Source: Oscillospiraceae bacterium
Lineage (GTDB): Bacteria > Bacillota > Clostridia > Oscillospirales > JAKOTC01
Assembly: GCA_035380125.1 (NCBI GenBank)
Contig: DAOSWV010000014.1
Span: 1,308-65,307 of the forward strand
Length of the DNA stretch: 64,000 bases
Reading direction: 5' to 3'
The notes beneath the pieces are model-generated. The model ran no database searches, had not been told where the DNA came from, and saw only the letters and a program-made list of their open reading frames with translations. Of this stretch, positions 1 through 9,870 are shown in pieces (the stretch's first letter is position 1; every line of letters begins with the position of its first letter). The position numbers and the translations under genes are program-made.

Positions 1-981
1 ACCACTGAGACCGGCGCCGGTCAGTGGGGCACTGCTCTTTCGATGGCCTGCGCATACTTTAAAATGCCGTTGACCGTATATATGGTCAAATGCAGCAGTG
101 AACAGAAACCGTTCCGCAAAGCTGTTATCGAAACTTATGGCGCTTCTCTTTATCCCAGCCCCAGTACCACCACCGAAATCGGCAAAAAGATGCTGGCCGA
201 TGATCCCAACACCACCGGGTCTCTGGGCATGGCGATTTCCGAAGCGATTGAAAAAGCCGTGACCGGCGATAATATGCGTTATGTCCTCGGTTCGGTGCTC
301 GACCAGGTTCTTCTGCACCAGTCGGTCATCGGTCTCGAGACCAAAATCGCACTCGATAAATACGACATCAAACCGGACGTTTTGATCGGCTGTACCGGCG
401 GCGGTTCCAACCTCGGCGGTTTTATTGCACCGTTTGCGGGCGAAAAGATTCAAAAAGGAACGAATTACAAAATTATTGCGGTCGAACCAGCTTCCTGCCC
501 CTCGCTGACCCGTGGTAAATTTGCTTATGACTTCTGCGATACCGGCAAGATCACCCCCCTTGCAAAGATGTATACCCTCGGCAGCGGCTTTGTCCCCTCG
601 TCCATCCACGCCGGCGGTTTGCGTTATCACGGCATGTCCCCGATCATCAGCCAGCTCTATCACGACGGTATCATCGACGAGGCCCGCTCCGTCACCCAGA
701 CCAAGGTCTTTGAAGCGGCCACGCTTTTTGCTAAGGTTGAGACGATTCTCCCGGCACCGGAATCCTCCCATGCGATTCGCGCAGCCATCGACGAAGCGCT
801 TGAATGCAAAAAGACCGGAGAAGCCAAGACCATCGTCTTCAACCTGTCCGGCACCGGATATTTCGATCTGAACGCCTACAGCGAATTCCGTAAAGGCAAT
901 ATGGTCGATTATATTCCGTCCGACGAAGAACTCCAGAAGGGCTTTAATTCCCTGCCGGATGTCGGGTCATTGAATCAATAA
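1..981 (+). CDS. TrpB-like PLP-dependent enzyme (tryptophan synthase beta, TrpB2-type); 5' end lies outside the window
   Basis: The frame is open from base 1 (TTETGAGQWGTALS...). TrpB-family motifs are present: ETGAGQWG, CTGGGSNLGG and the GSG..HAGGLRYHG region. Stop is at 979-981. Confidence 0.85.
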   Translation, partial: TTETGAGQWGTALSMACAYFKMPLTVYMVKCSSEQKPFRKAVIETYGASLYPSPSTTTEIGKKMLADDPNTTGSLGMAISEAIEKAVTGDNMRYVLGSVLDQVLLHQSVIGLETKIALDKYDIKPDVLIGCTGGGSNLGGFIAPFAGEKIQKGTNYKIIAVEPASCPSLTRGKFAYDFCDTGKITPLAKMYTLGSGFVPSSIHAGGLRYHGMSPIISQLYHDGIIDEARSVTQTKVFEAATLFAKVETILPAPESSHAIRAAIDEALECKKTGEAKTIVFNLSGTGYFDLNAYSEFRKGNMVDYIPSDEELQKGFNSLPDVGSLNQ

Positions 982-992
982 TTAGTCCGAAT

Positions 993-1040
993 AAAAATCC
1001 CGCGGTTACCATTAACCGCGGGATTTTTGCTTTTTTTATT
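993..1040. terminator. Bidirectional rho-independent terminator between convergent genes
   Basis: Perfect 16-bp stem aaaaatcccgcggtta / taaccgcgggattttt with a 4-nt loop. There is an A-run before the stem and a long T-run after it. Confidence 0.7.
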
Positions 1041-1103
1041 TTTGTCCGAGATTGTTTGCTGTGCTCAGAATGACACCTTTATATCCTCAGAGTGGCACTT
1101 CGT

Positions 1104-1973
1104 TTAAAACGGACGGATGGTATGTGTAAGCGTGAAAGTCTTCCCTGCTTCCATGCTAATGATGCCCTCTTTGGCGGTCAAATCGCCGTTGTGATTGACC
1201 GAATCTCCGATGCCGTACCACGGCTCGATACAGATATATTTGGCATAAGCCTTTGGCTTTGTCCATATTCCGAGCATCGGAAAGCCCGGGAAACAGACTT
1301 CGACGCCCTTTTTGCTCTTCGTTCCGATCAGCGTGGCCTTTCTGGACGTGTGATCAGACATGAAGATTGCATCCACCGCATAATCGTCATAATTCAAAGG
1401 CAGCGCCTCGGAATTCACTAAAATCGGCTTGCTGTCGCCGGTAAACAGCTGCTTTTCAACCAGCCGCCTGTTTGCCGTTTCTTTTTTCTCAAAGATAATT
1501 TGATAATCTTCAAATTTTTCATCATCTGTAAGCGGACAGCAGTAGGCTTCGTGGGCGCCCACCGAGAAATACATCTCCTCTTTTCCGGTGTTTTTCACGT
1601 CAAATTTGACCGAAAGCGTACCACCTTCCAGTTCGTATGTGATGTCAAACCGAAACTTGAACGGATAATTTGTCAAAGTATCCTCATCATTGCAGAGCGT
1701 GAAAATGACTTTCGTGTCGCTTTCTTGTTTTGCTGTAAATTCTTTTTTGCGGGCGAATCCGTGGATGTCCATCGTATAGGTCTTTCCGCGATAGGTATAT
1801 TCGTTGTTTCTGAGACGGCCGACAACCGGAAACAGAATCGGTGCGCGTTCGTTCCACGGGCCGGAACCGTCATAGAGATATTCGGCACCGTCCGCGGTTT
1901 TGATAGACTGAAGCTCTGCGCCCAGCGAGGAAATTTCGACTTTAAGATTTGCGTTTTGGATGGTGTAATTCAT
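1104..1973 (-). CDS. Aldose 1-epimerase family protein (LacX-like mutarotase)
   Basis: 289 aa. The N-terminus (MNYTIQN..LKVEISSLGAELQSI, then ILFPVVGRL) and the HGFAR motif are typical of the galactose mutarotase-like fold family. Confidence 0.8.
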   Translation of the reverse strand: MNYTIQNANLKVEISSLGAELQSIKTADGAEYLYDGSGPWNERAPILFPVVGRLRNNEYTYRGKTYTMDIHGFARKKEFTAKQESDTKVIFTLCNDEDTLTNYPFKFRFDITYELEGGTLSVKFDVKNTGKEEMYFSVGAHEAYCCPLTDDEKFEDYQIIFEKKETANRRLVEKQLFTGDSKPILVNSEALPLNYDDYAVDAIFMSDHTSRKATLIGTKSKKGVEVCFPGFPMLGIWTKPKAYAKYICIEPWYGIGDSVNHNGDLTAKEGIISMEAGKTFTLTHTIRPF

Positions 1974-2032
1974 AATAAACTCCTTTATATTGAATATTTC
2001 TTCTATTTTCGTTTTTTAAGAAAAAGCCTTAT

Positions 2033-2482
2033 CTACAAAATTATTATCTTTTGTCGTTTTGTTGTGGTGGTGTGTGTCTTATATCTTGATAAAGTAATAA
2101 TTGTTATTAAAAATATATTTATAACTAACGTAACAATAATGAAAATAATGTTGTTAAAATCTTGTATCCAAAACTGACCTAAATATGCTTCTTTAATAGT
2201 AAGAAAAACAAAGAATGCTAATGATAAAGATAAGTTAATGAAATAGAATAAATTAAATGCCGGAAAATTTATTTTTATATGTTTTAGATTAATAAATAAT
2301 GTAATAAATGCAAAAACATATCCTAAGATAATTAAAATAGAAGCTAGCACTATTTTTCCCATTGTGTCCACTGGCACTTCCCAACCCGGACCTTCATTAT
2401 TTAATAATACCAGCCAAGTCATAAAAATATTTGAAAGAAAAATTCCAACGGCTGATTTATACAATTCAAAACCCCCAAGCAA
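2033..2482 (-). CDS. Hypothetical small polytopic membrane protein (about 4 TM) in an AT-rich island
   Basis: The 149-codon ORF has several long hydrophobic segments. It uses a TTG start with no clear SD; internal ATGs at codons 21 and 41 are alternative starts. I recognise no family. Confidence 0.4.
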   Translation of the reverse strand: MLGGFELYKSAVGIFLSNIFMTWLVLLNNEGPGWEVPVDTMGKIVLASILIILGYVFAFITLFINLKHIKINFPAFNLFYFINLSLSLAFFVFLTIKEAYLGQFWIQDFNNIIFIIVTLVINIFLITIITLSRYKTHTTTTKRQKIIIL

Positions 2483-2737
2483 AATATTTATATATTTTAA
2501 CTTTAAATAAATTTATAAAATCTATGCACCTAACAACGCCGTATTTATCAGTCAAATAACTCTCTCAATAAAAATCAATAATGAAGTCAAAAAAGGCACT
2601 CCAATTCGTTGCGTTGGCAAAAGACGGATGTTCAGTTGCATTATATATTCTTCCATAAAACCTGTCAAGCGGTATTGACCCCGGACAAATTAACGGTTAA
2701 AATAAACTTATCACTTTCTGAAAGGGACATCTTTATT

Positions 2738-5395
2738 ATGGGTATCACAAAAGTTTATGATCTGACGATCAACTATCTCAAGAATCCGCTCGGGCTGGAC
2801 GAGACCCCGAGATTTTCTTATAAACTCGCCGCCGACTGCCGCGGTGCGGTTCAAAAGTCCTGCCGCATTCGGGTTGCTTCCGAAGCCGCACTTTTACAAA
2901 AAGGCATCGGAAATCTCTGGGACAGCGGCGAAATTGTTACGGATGACACACTGCATATAGAATATCAGGGTAAAAAGCTTCCGCCCGTACATCGTTGTTT
3001 TTGGAACGTGACTGTCACAAAAGAAAACAGCGAGACCGTCACAAGCGAATCCACGTTCTTCGTAACCGGAAAACTCGGCACTGCGTGGGATGCCAACTGG
3101 ATTACCGCTGATTTTATGGGAAAGGGTGAAAAAGCGGCTGACCGCGAAAATTCCGCACTCAAAGCCGCTTATCTGCGCCATGAATTCAAACTTGCCAAGC
3201 CCGTTAAAGAAGCGTTTTTGTTGATCTGCGGACTCGGTTACTTCGAGGCGCATCTGAACGGTAAAAAAGTCGGGGACGACGTGCTTTCCACGCCGTTCAC
3301 CCGCTTTGACGAGACGGTGATGTACAACACCTACGATGTCAAGGACATGCTCTCGAAAGAGAACGCCATCGGTGTGATTTTAGGCAACGGCTGGTACAAC
3401 TGCTTCGCGGACGACCCTTGGAACACCAAACAGGCCACCTGGCGGCACTTTCCGAAGATGATCGCAGAACTGCACGTCACTTATGAAGACGGAACGGCTG
3501 AAACGATCTGTTCGCGCACTGACTGGAAATCCAGCGACGGTCCAATTTATTTCAACGGTATCCGTAACGGCGAGCATTACGACGCCCGAAAAGAACTCGG
3601 TAACTGGACCGAGATCGGATATGATGACGGGGCTTGGCAGAATTCCAAGATCATCCGCGGACCCGGCGGACAGCTGATCGGCATGAATCTTCAGCCCATT
3701 AAAATCCATCACGAATTCCCTGCCGTTAAGCTTTGGAAAACCGAGACCGGCTGGGTGTTCGATATCGGCCAGAATCAGGCCGGTGTCGCCCGCTTCAAAC
3801 TGCGCGGCCCCGCAGGCACCGAGATTACGATGAAATACACCGATATCCTCAACCCGGACAGAACCATCAATCTGGCCGCCATCGGCGGATTCATCAGAAG
3901 CCATGGTTTCCAAACCGATAAATATATCAAGAAAAGCGACAACGAGGAAGTCTGGCAGGCGATTTTCGTCTACCACGGTTTCCAATACGTCGAAATCTCC
4001 GGTATCGATTACGAACCCAAACTCGATGATGTAGTCGGATTGACCATGTACACCTCATTCAACGAAACCGGGCATTTCGACTGCTCCGACGAACTGTTGA
4101 ACCGGGTTCAGCATCTTTGCCGGTGGTCGACGCTCTCAAACTGTGAATCAATCCCGACCGACTGCCCGCACCGCGAGAAAAACGGCTGGACGGGCGACGG
4201 CGCGGCTTCTTCCGAACAAATTCTGATCAACTTCGGCGCGCAGGCGTTTTATTCCAAATGGCTTGATGACATGCGCACCTCTCAGCGGCCTGCGGGACAA
4301 ATCCCCTGCGTCGTGCCGTCTACCGGATGGGGATATAACAGCATGAACGGCCCCGACTGGTCAATGGGTCTGACCGATATCCCTTGGACGATTTATACGT
4401 ACAACAACGACCGCCATATCCTTGAAAAGAATTATGAAGCCATCAAACGGCACTGCTCTTATATGGAAAGCATGAGCGACGATTATACCGTACACTACGG
4501 TCTCGGCGACTGGTGCGCGCCGTTCGAGGGCCCGGCGATTTCAATTAATATGTCCTCGTTCAAATGTCCTACCGCCGTCTCAGATACCGGATGTTTCTAT
4601 GACGCCGCGCTGAAACTCTCCAAGATGGCAAAACTGCTCGGTAAACCCGAAGATGAAAAATACTACACCGAACTGGCCGGTAAGATCAAGGCGGCATTCC
4701 GAAAGAAGTTTTATGATGAAGCCACACACACGGTAGCCGGCGACTGTCAAACCTCAACTGCTGCAATGCTGTTCCAAGAAATCGCTGAACCTGAAGATCG
4801 CCCCGTGTTATTAGCCAAACTGGTTGAACAAATACACCGCGACGACGACCACGTCGATTTCGGACTGCTCGGCTGTAAATATGTGATGCATACCCTCGGC
4901 GCGATGGGTGAAGGTAATCTCGGCTTCAAGATGTTGGCGCAGCGCACCTTCCCCGGCTGTCAGCAGTGGATTGATCTCGGCGCAACCACGCTCTGGGAAT
5001 GCTGGAACGGCGGCGGTTCCCACAACCACCACATGTTCAGCGATCTTTCGGCATTTATGTATAAATACGTCGGCGGTATCTCGCCGGACGAGACCAGACC
5101 GGGATTCAGCCATACGATTCTGCGTCCCGCGATCGACTGCGGACTAGAATTCGCAAACGCCGAATACGAGAGCATGTACGGCAAGGTCACCTGCCGCTGG
5201 ACAAACAAAGACGGCAAACAGACGCTTGATATCAACGTCCCGGTCTGCTGCGAAGCGACGCTTTATCTGCCCGCCTCCTATATCGGAAAGCTGTCCGAAA
5301 ACGGCAAGCTGATTAACTTTACGACAAAAACCGCCGATTCCGAATATGCAGTAACGCTGCCGAGTGGTGAGTACCACCTGACAGCCGAAAAGTAA
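2738..5395 (+). CDS. Alpha-L-rhamnosidase (GH78)
   Basis: The N-terminus MGITKVYDLTINYLKNPLGLDETPRFSYKL is characteristic of GH78, and the C-terminal part looks like a six-hairpin domain. I chose the ATG at 2738 because a GAAAGGGA SD precedes it, rather than the upstream TTG at 2609. Confidence 0.85.
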   Translation: MGITKVYDLTINYLKNPLGLDETPRFSYKLAADCRGAVQKSCRIRVASEAALLQKGIGNLWDSGEIVTDDTLHIEYQGKKLPPVHRCFWNVTVTKENSETVTSESTFFVTGKLGTAWDANWITADFMGKGEKAADRENSALKAAYLRHEFKLAKPVKEAFLLICGLGYFEAHLNGKKVGDDVLSTPFTRFDETVMYNTYDVKDMLSKENAIGVILGNGWYNCFADDPWNTKQATWRHFPKMIAELHVTYEDGTAETICSRTDWKSSDGPIYFNGIRNGEHYDARKELGNWTEIGYDDGAWQNSKIIRGPGGQLIGMNLQPIKIHHEFPAVKLWKTETGWVFDIGQNQAGVARFKLRGPAGTEITMKYTDILNPDRTINLAAIGGFIRSHGFQTDKYIKKSDNEEVWQAIFVYHGFQYVEISGIDYEPKLDDVVGLTMYTSFNETGHFDCSDELLNRVQHLCRWSTLSNCESIPTDCPHREKNGWTGDGAASSEQILINFGAQAFYSKWLDDMRTSQRPAGQIPCVVPSTGWGYNSMNGPDWSMGLTDIPWTIYTYNNDRHILEKNYEAIKRHCSYMESMSDDYTVHYGLGDWCAPFEGPAISINMSSFKCPTAVSDTGCFYDAALKLSKMAKLLGKPEDEKYYTELAGKIKAAFRKKFYDEATHTVAGDCQTSTAAMLFQEIAEPEDRPVLLAKLVEQIHRDDDHVDFGLLGCKYVMHTLGAMGEGNLGFKMLAQRTFPGCQQWIDLGATTLWECWNGGGSHNHHMFSDLSAFMYKYVGGISPDETRPGFSHTILRPAIDCGLEFANAEYESMYGKVTCRWTNKDGKQTLDINVPVCCEATLYLPASYIGKLSENGKLINFTTKTADSEYAVTLPSGEYHLTAEK

Positions 5396-5398
5396 AAC

Positions 5399-7264
5399 AT
5401 GATCGATCCTTTTCTTGACCTGAATGAGAATATTCCCGCACTGCGGGACAAAGCCGCTCGTCTGCCGCTGCAGCCGGGCGTGTATATCATGAAAAATTCA
5501 AGCAAGAACATCATCTATATCGGCAAGGCAAAATTGTTAAAAAACCGGGTCAATCAATATTTTCACAGCTTCGGGAATCTGACATCCAAGACTATCAAAC
5601 TGGTTTCCAACATCGACGATTTCGACTACATCGTCACCACCAGCGAATTCGAAGCGCTTCTGCTGGAGTTGAATCTGATCAAGCAATACCGCCCGAAATA
5701 TAACATCCTGCTCAAGGACGACAAAGGCGTCAGTTTTATCAAGATTACGCCCCCGCCCTGGTCTAAAATCCTTGCCGTTCACCGACAGGAGGACGACGGC
5801 AGCGAATACATCGGGCCGTTCCCGTCTAGCTATACCGTACATCTGATGGTCGATCAGGCCATCGCAATTTTCGGACTGCCGACCTGCAACCGCGTATTCG
5901 GCGAAAAAGACACCGGAAGGCCTTGTTTGAATTATTTCATTAAACAATGCTACGGACCGTGCAAACGCGGGAACGCTTCTCCCGAACGCCACGCCGAAAT
6001 CATTTCAGAGGTAAAAAAGTTTCTGCGCGATGGTGATCGGGACATCGTGAAAAATCTGACCAAAGAGATGGAACAGGCCTCGGAGACGCTTGACTTTGAA
6101 AAAGCAGCCACTTTGCGCGACCGTTTGAATGCAATTAAAAATATCCGAAAAACCCAGAGCGTGATTGATACGACCACCGCCGAGGCGGACGTTTTCGGAC
6201 TGACACGCGGCAGCACCCAATGTTGTTTCGCCGTATTGTCGATTCGAAAGAGCCGAATTTCCAATAAAGAAAACTTTTTTATCGATGACACCGCTTCGGA
6301 AAATACACAGGCTTCTCAACTGCGCGCCGACTTTTTACTCGGGTATTACGCCAACAAGCAGGAAATTCCCAAAAAGATCTTTATCGACGGCGACTGTGAA
6401 GACAAACACCTGCTGGAAGAACTGTTTTCTCAAAAACGCGGTTCAAAAGTGGCGATCACTGTTCCGCAGAAAGGCGAAGGCGTTCGGCTGATTCAGATGG
6501 CCGCCAACAACGCCTTTGAACAGCTGACGCAGATTACCGGAAAACAACGTGAGAGCGGAATGTTAAGCGAACTCTCAAAGCTGGTCGGTATTGAAACGCT
6601 GTGCTACATCGAATCCTATGATATTTCCAACACTGCGGGCGCAGACAACATTGCGGGAATGGTGGTATTTATAGACGGTAAGCCGCAAAAATCCCACTAC
6701 CGGCAGTTTTTAATCAAGAGTTTTACCGGACAGGATGACTATGCCTCGCTTCGGGAGGCCGTGAAACGCAGATACACGCGATATATTAATCATCCTGCCA
6801 ACGATCCCGCTTTCTCTGCAAAGCCGGATCTGATCTTAGCAGACGGTGGTCAGGGACAAGTCGGCGCGGTCAAAGATGCACTTGCGGAACTTGAGTTGGA
6901 CGACATCCCCGTGCTCGGTATGGTCAAAGACAGCCGCCACACCACCCGCGCACTCGTCGACGAACACGGGAACGAGATCGAGATCAAATCCGCCCGGGGC
7001 GCTTTTACACTGGTCAGCACGATTCAAGAGGAAGTTCACCGCTATGTCATCACCTGTCACCGCAAACGCCGTTCTCGCCGTACTACCGCATCGGTGCTCG
7101 CCAATATCCCCGGCGTAGGCGAAAAGCGCATTACTGCACTGATGGATAAATTCAAGACCATAGAGGCCATCGCGGCGGCAAGCATTGAAGATCTTACAGC
7201 AGTTAAAGGCATGAGCAAACAGGCCGCAGAGCGTACAAAACGCTTTTTCGAGGAGGAATATTGA
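5399..7264 (+). CDS. uvrC: Excinuclease ABC subunit C
   Basis: 621 aa with a GIY-YIG N-terminus (GVYIMKN..IIYIGKAKLLKNRVNQYF), a UVR domain, and a C-terminal RNase H-like region plus (HhH)2. Confidence 0.95.
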   Translation: MIDPFLDLNENIPALRDKAARLPLQPGVYIMKNSSKNIIYIGKAKLLKNRVNQYFHSFGNLTSKTIKLVSNIDDFDYIVTTSEFEALLLELNLIKQYRPKYNILLKDDKGVSFIKITPPPWSKILAVHRQEDDGSEYIGPFPSSYTVHLMVDQAIAIFGLPTCNRVFGEKDTGRPCLNYFIKQCYGPCKRGNASPERHAEIISEVKKFLRDGDRDIVKNLTKEMEQASETLDFEKAATLRDRLNAIKNIRKTQSVIDTTTAEADVFGLTRGSTQCCFAVLSIRKSRISNKENFFIDDTASENTQASQLRADFLLGYYANKQEIPKKIFIDGDCEDKHLLEELFSQKRGSKVAITVPQKGEGVRLIQMAANNAFEQLTQITGKQRESGMLSELSKLVGIETLCYIESYDISNTAGADNIAGMVVFIDGKPQKSHYRQFLIKSFTGQDDYASLREAVKRRYTRYINHPANDPAFSAKPDLILADGGQGQVGAVKDALAELELDDIPVLGMVKDSRHTTRALVDEHGNEIEIKSARGAFTLVSTIQEEVHRYVITCHRKRRSRRTTASVLANIPGVGEKRITALMDKFKTIEAIAAASIEDLTAVKGMSKQAAERTKRFFEEEY

Positions 7265-7265
7265 T

Positions 7266-8042
7266 ATGAAAGACTTAAAAAAAATCAAATATTTTGTGTT
7301 AGATATGGACGGCACAATCTATTTGGGTGACAAGCTGTTTGACTTTACTCCAGCTTTTTTGAATAATGTCAAAGAAACCAACCGCGACTTTGTTTTCTTT
7401 ACAAACAACTCTTCCAAAAACGCCGCCGCTTACATTGAAAAACTGCACAAGATGGGGATTGATATAACGCCCGACAAGATGTTGATTTCCAATGAGGTCA
7501 TTATCGAATATATCCAGCGCGAATACCCCGGAAAAAGCGTCTATGTGATCGGCACAGAATTATTGAAAAATGATTTTATCCACGCGGGGATCAAGTTGAC
7601 CGAGGACGCCGATTTGGTCGTATTGGGATTTGACACCGAACTGGTTTATCACAAACTGGTGGTCGGGTGCGATCTGATCCGTGCCGGAAAACCGTTTTTG
7701 GCAGTCAATCCGGACTTCAACTGCCCGGTCGAAAACGGATTTATCCCCGACTGTGGTTCCATGGCGCGGCTGATTACGGCTTCCACCGGCGTTGTTCCCG
7801 AATTTTTCGGAAAGCCGTCGCATCACGCGCTGGAATATATGCTGAGACGTATGGACTGCAAACCGTCAGAACTGGCTGTGGTCGGCGACCGTCTTTATAC
7901 CGATATTGCAATTGCCTGCGGTACCGATGTGACCTCAATTCTCGTGCTTTCAGGCGAAACGAATGTGGCGGATTTAAAAGCTTCCGAATTTAAACCGGAC
8001 ATCGTTGTACAGGATTTGGCGGAACTTTCGATGCTTTTATAA
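7266..8042 (+). CDS. HAD-IIA family hydrolase (NagD-like sugar phosphatase)
   Basis: 258 aa with the DMDGTIY nucleophile motif, GKP and a late GDRLYTDI motif. The start is 1 nt after the uvrC stop. Confidence 0.8.
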   Translation: MKDLKKIKYFVLDMDGTIYLGDKLFDFTPAFLNNVKETNRDFVFFTNNSSKNAAAYIEKLHKMGIDITPDKMLISNEVIIEYIQREYPGKSVYVIGTELLKNDFIHAGIKLTEDADLVVLGFDTELVYHKLVVGCDLIRAGKPFLAVNPDFNCPVENGFIPDCGSMARLITASTGVVPEFFGKPSHHALEYMLRRMDCKPSELAVVGDRLYTDIAIACGTDVTSILVLSGETNVADLKASEFKPDIVVQDLAELSMLL

Positions 8043-8046
8043 TATC

Positions 8047-8074
8047 TTGACGAAAGCCCTAAATGTGTTATAAT
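8047..8074 (+). promoter_or_regulatory. Sigma-70-type promoter candidate for metK
   Basis: TTGACG, a 16-nt spacer, then TATAAT with an extended TGn (tgTTATAAT). It lies about 30 nt upstream of the metK ATG. Confidence 0.45.
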
Positions 8075-8105
8075 ATTACAATGCCGTTAGGCGGGAGGTA
8101 TATAT

Positions 8106-9257
8106 ATGGCAAGAACGTTTTTTACATCTGAATCAGTCACTGAAGGACATCCCGATAAAATATGCGATAAAATTTCCGATTCCGTGCTCGATGCAATCAT
8201 CGCGCTTGATCCCGGCGCAAGAGTCGCTTGTGAGACTTGCTGCACCACAGGCGTACTGTTTATCATGGGCGAGATTTCTACCGATTGTTATGCGGACATT
8301 CCCAAAATTGCCCGTGAGACCGTAGTCGAAATCGGTTATGACCGTGCCAAATACGGTTTTGACGGCACCACTTGTGCTGTTTTAAGCACCATCGATGAGC
8401 AAAGCCCCGATATCGCACTCGGCGTCAGCCGCGGCGTTGAGATCGGAGCAGGAGATCAGGGCATGATGTTCGGCTATGCCTGCGACGAGACCGAGGAACT
8501 GATGCCGCTTTCAATTATGCTGGCTCACAAGCTTGCGAAACGGCTTACTTTTGTACGCAAGAACGGAATTCTTCCCTATCTCAGACCGGATGGAAAAACA
8601 CAGGTCACAGTCGAATTTGAGGATGGAAAACCGATTCGTATTGACACCGTGGTCGTCTCGGCACAGCATGCGGAAGAAGTCTCGCTTGAACAACTTCGCG
8701 CAGACATCATCCGCGACGTAATCAAAGAGACCATCCCCGCCAATCTTTTGGATGACAATACGAAATTTTTAATTAACCCGACCGGACGATTCGTTATCGG
8801 CGGTCCGCATGGGGACAGCGGTCTGACCGGCAGAAAACTCATCGTCGACACCTACGGCGGATATGCCCGCCACGGCGGTGGTTCCTTCTCAGGTAAGGAC
8901 CCGACAAAAGTCGACCGTTCCGCTGCATATGCCACTCGTTGGGCTGCTAAAAACATTGTTGCGGCAGGTCTTGCCAAACGTTGTGAGATTCAAATTGCCT
9001 ACGCCATCGGCATCGCTAACCCCGTGTCGATTGCAGTCGATTGCTTTGGCACAGGAAAATACAGTGACGACGTGATCGCTAAAGCTGTCGAAAACGTATT
9101 TGATTTCCGGCCCGCTGCGATCATCGAGCAGCTTGATCTGCGTAAACCGATTTATAAGCAGCTCGCCTCTTACGGTCACTTCGGCAGAACTGATCTTGAT
9201 GTCCGCTGGGAACGAACAGACCGCGTCGAGCAACTTTTAGCGGCTGTTAAAAAGTAA
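8106..9257 (+). CDS. metK: S-adenosylmethionine synthetase
   Basis: 383 aa with [28 protein letters not shown] and [16 protein letters not shown] motifs. A GGGAGG SD precedes the start. Confidence 0.97.
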   Translation: MARTFFTSESVTEGHPDKICDKISDSVLDAIIALDPGARVACETCCTTGVLFIMGEISTDCYADIPKIARETVVEIGYDRAKYGFDGTTCAVLSTIDEQSPDIALGVSRGVEIGAGDQGMMFGYACDETEELMPLSIMLAHKLAKRLTFVRKNGILPYLRPDGKTQVTVEFEDGKPIRIDTVVVSAQHAEEVSLEQLRADIIRDVIKETIPANLLDDNTKFLINPTGRFVIGGPHGDSGLTGRKLIVDTYGGYARHGGGSFSGKDPTKVDRSAAYATRWAAKNIVAAGLAKRCEIQIAYAIGIANPVSIAVDCFGTGKYSDDVIAKAVENVFDFRPAAIIEQLDLRKPIYKQLASYGHFGRTDLDVRWERTDRVEQLLAAVKK

Positions 9258-9259
9258 TT

Positions 9260-9700
9260 ATGCGGGCAATCATCCAGCGCGTCAGCAGCGCAAATGTTAA
9301 AATAGAAGAAAAAACCGCCGCCAAAATCGATTGCGGTCTGCTGGTGTTATTGGGAGTTGCGGACGGCGATACATCATCCGATGCGGACTTCTTGGCAAAA
9401 AAAATCGCCGCAATGCGAATTTTTTGCGACAGTGACGATAAAATGAATTTGTCAGTGCAGGATATCGGCGGTTCGATTATCGTTGTTTCCAACTTTACGC
9501 TTTGCGCTGATGCTTCGCACGGGAACCGTCCGTCTTTTATCGCAGCCGCACGTCCCGAAATTGCCGAACCGCTCTATGAGCAATTTGTTCATAAACTACG
9601 CGAGAACGGCGTAAAAAATGTACAGACCGGCGTCTTCGGCGCTGACATGAACGTCGGTATCGAAAACGACGGCCCCGTGACGATCATTTTGGATTCCTAA
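9260..9700 (+). CDS. dtd: D-aminoacyl-tRNA deacylase
   Basis: 146 aa with the MRAIIQRV N-terminus, SNFTL and a GPVTI C-terminal motif. Confidence 0.93.
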   Translation: MRAIIQRVSSANVKIEEKTAAKIDCGLLVLLGVADGDTSSDADFLAKKIAAMRIFCDSDDKMNLSVQDIGGSIIVVSNFTLCADASHGNRPSFIAAARPEIAEPLYEQFVHKLRENGVKNVQTGVFGADMNVGIENDGPVTIILDS

Positions 9701-9831
9701 GACTCGTCAGTTCCCTGAGTCGGTCTGTCATTTTGTTTTGCCGACTTCCCGGTAGATCCCTGCGTATCATTCTTTTGATTTTTTTGCATTTGAGTTTGTT
9801 TTGATTTTGTCTTTTTTGACGGCATCGTCAT
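9697..9831 (-). CDS. Unlisted small hydrophilic protein (44 aa; 42 aa if the second ATG is used)
   Basis: My own translation of the minus strand gives MTMPSKKTKSKQTQMQKNQKNDTQGSTGKSAKQNDRPTQGTDES*. A GAGGTGA SD sits directly upstream, at best spacing for the ATG at 9825. The ORF is below the length cut-off of the supplied track. Confidence 0.4.
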   Translation of the reverse strand: MTMPSKKTKSKQTQMQKNQKNDTQGSTGKSAKQNDRPTQGTDES

Positions 9832-9870
9832 CACCTCAGGCGTATTATGTCCATGGTTGGAGGAAATATT

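Noticed and set aside
2609-2737. The supplied ORF track gives N-terminal extensions for several genes: 2609 for GH78, 23517 for DUF512, 33747 for the AraC gene, 31039 for ATPase 1, 31748 for ATPase 2, 50564 for M18, 9847 for uxaC, 37418 for cgs, 60973 for DUF1858, 61512 for nrdR, and 26734 and 14020 for the two lipoproteins.
   Set aside because: In each case a downstream ATG has a properly spaced SD and gives the N-terminus expected for the family, or a canonical signal peptide. The extensions have no supporting features.
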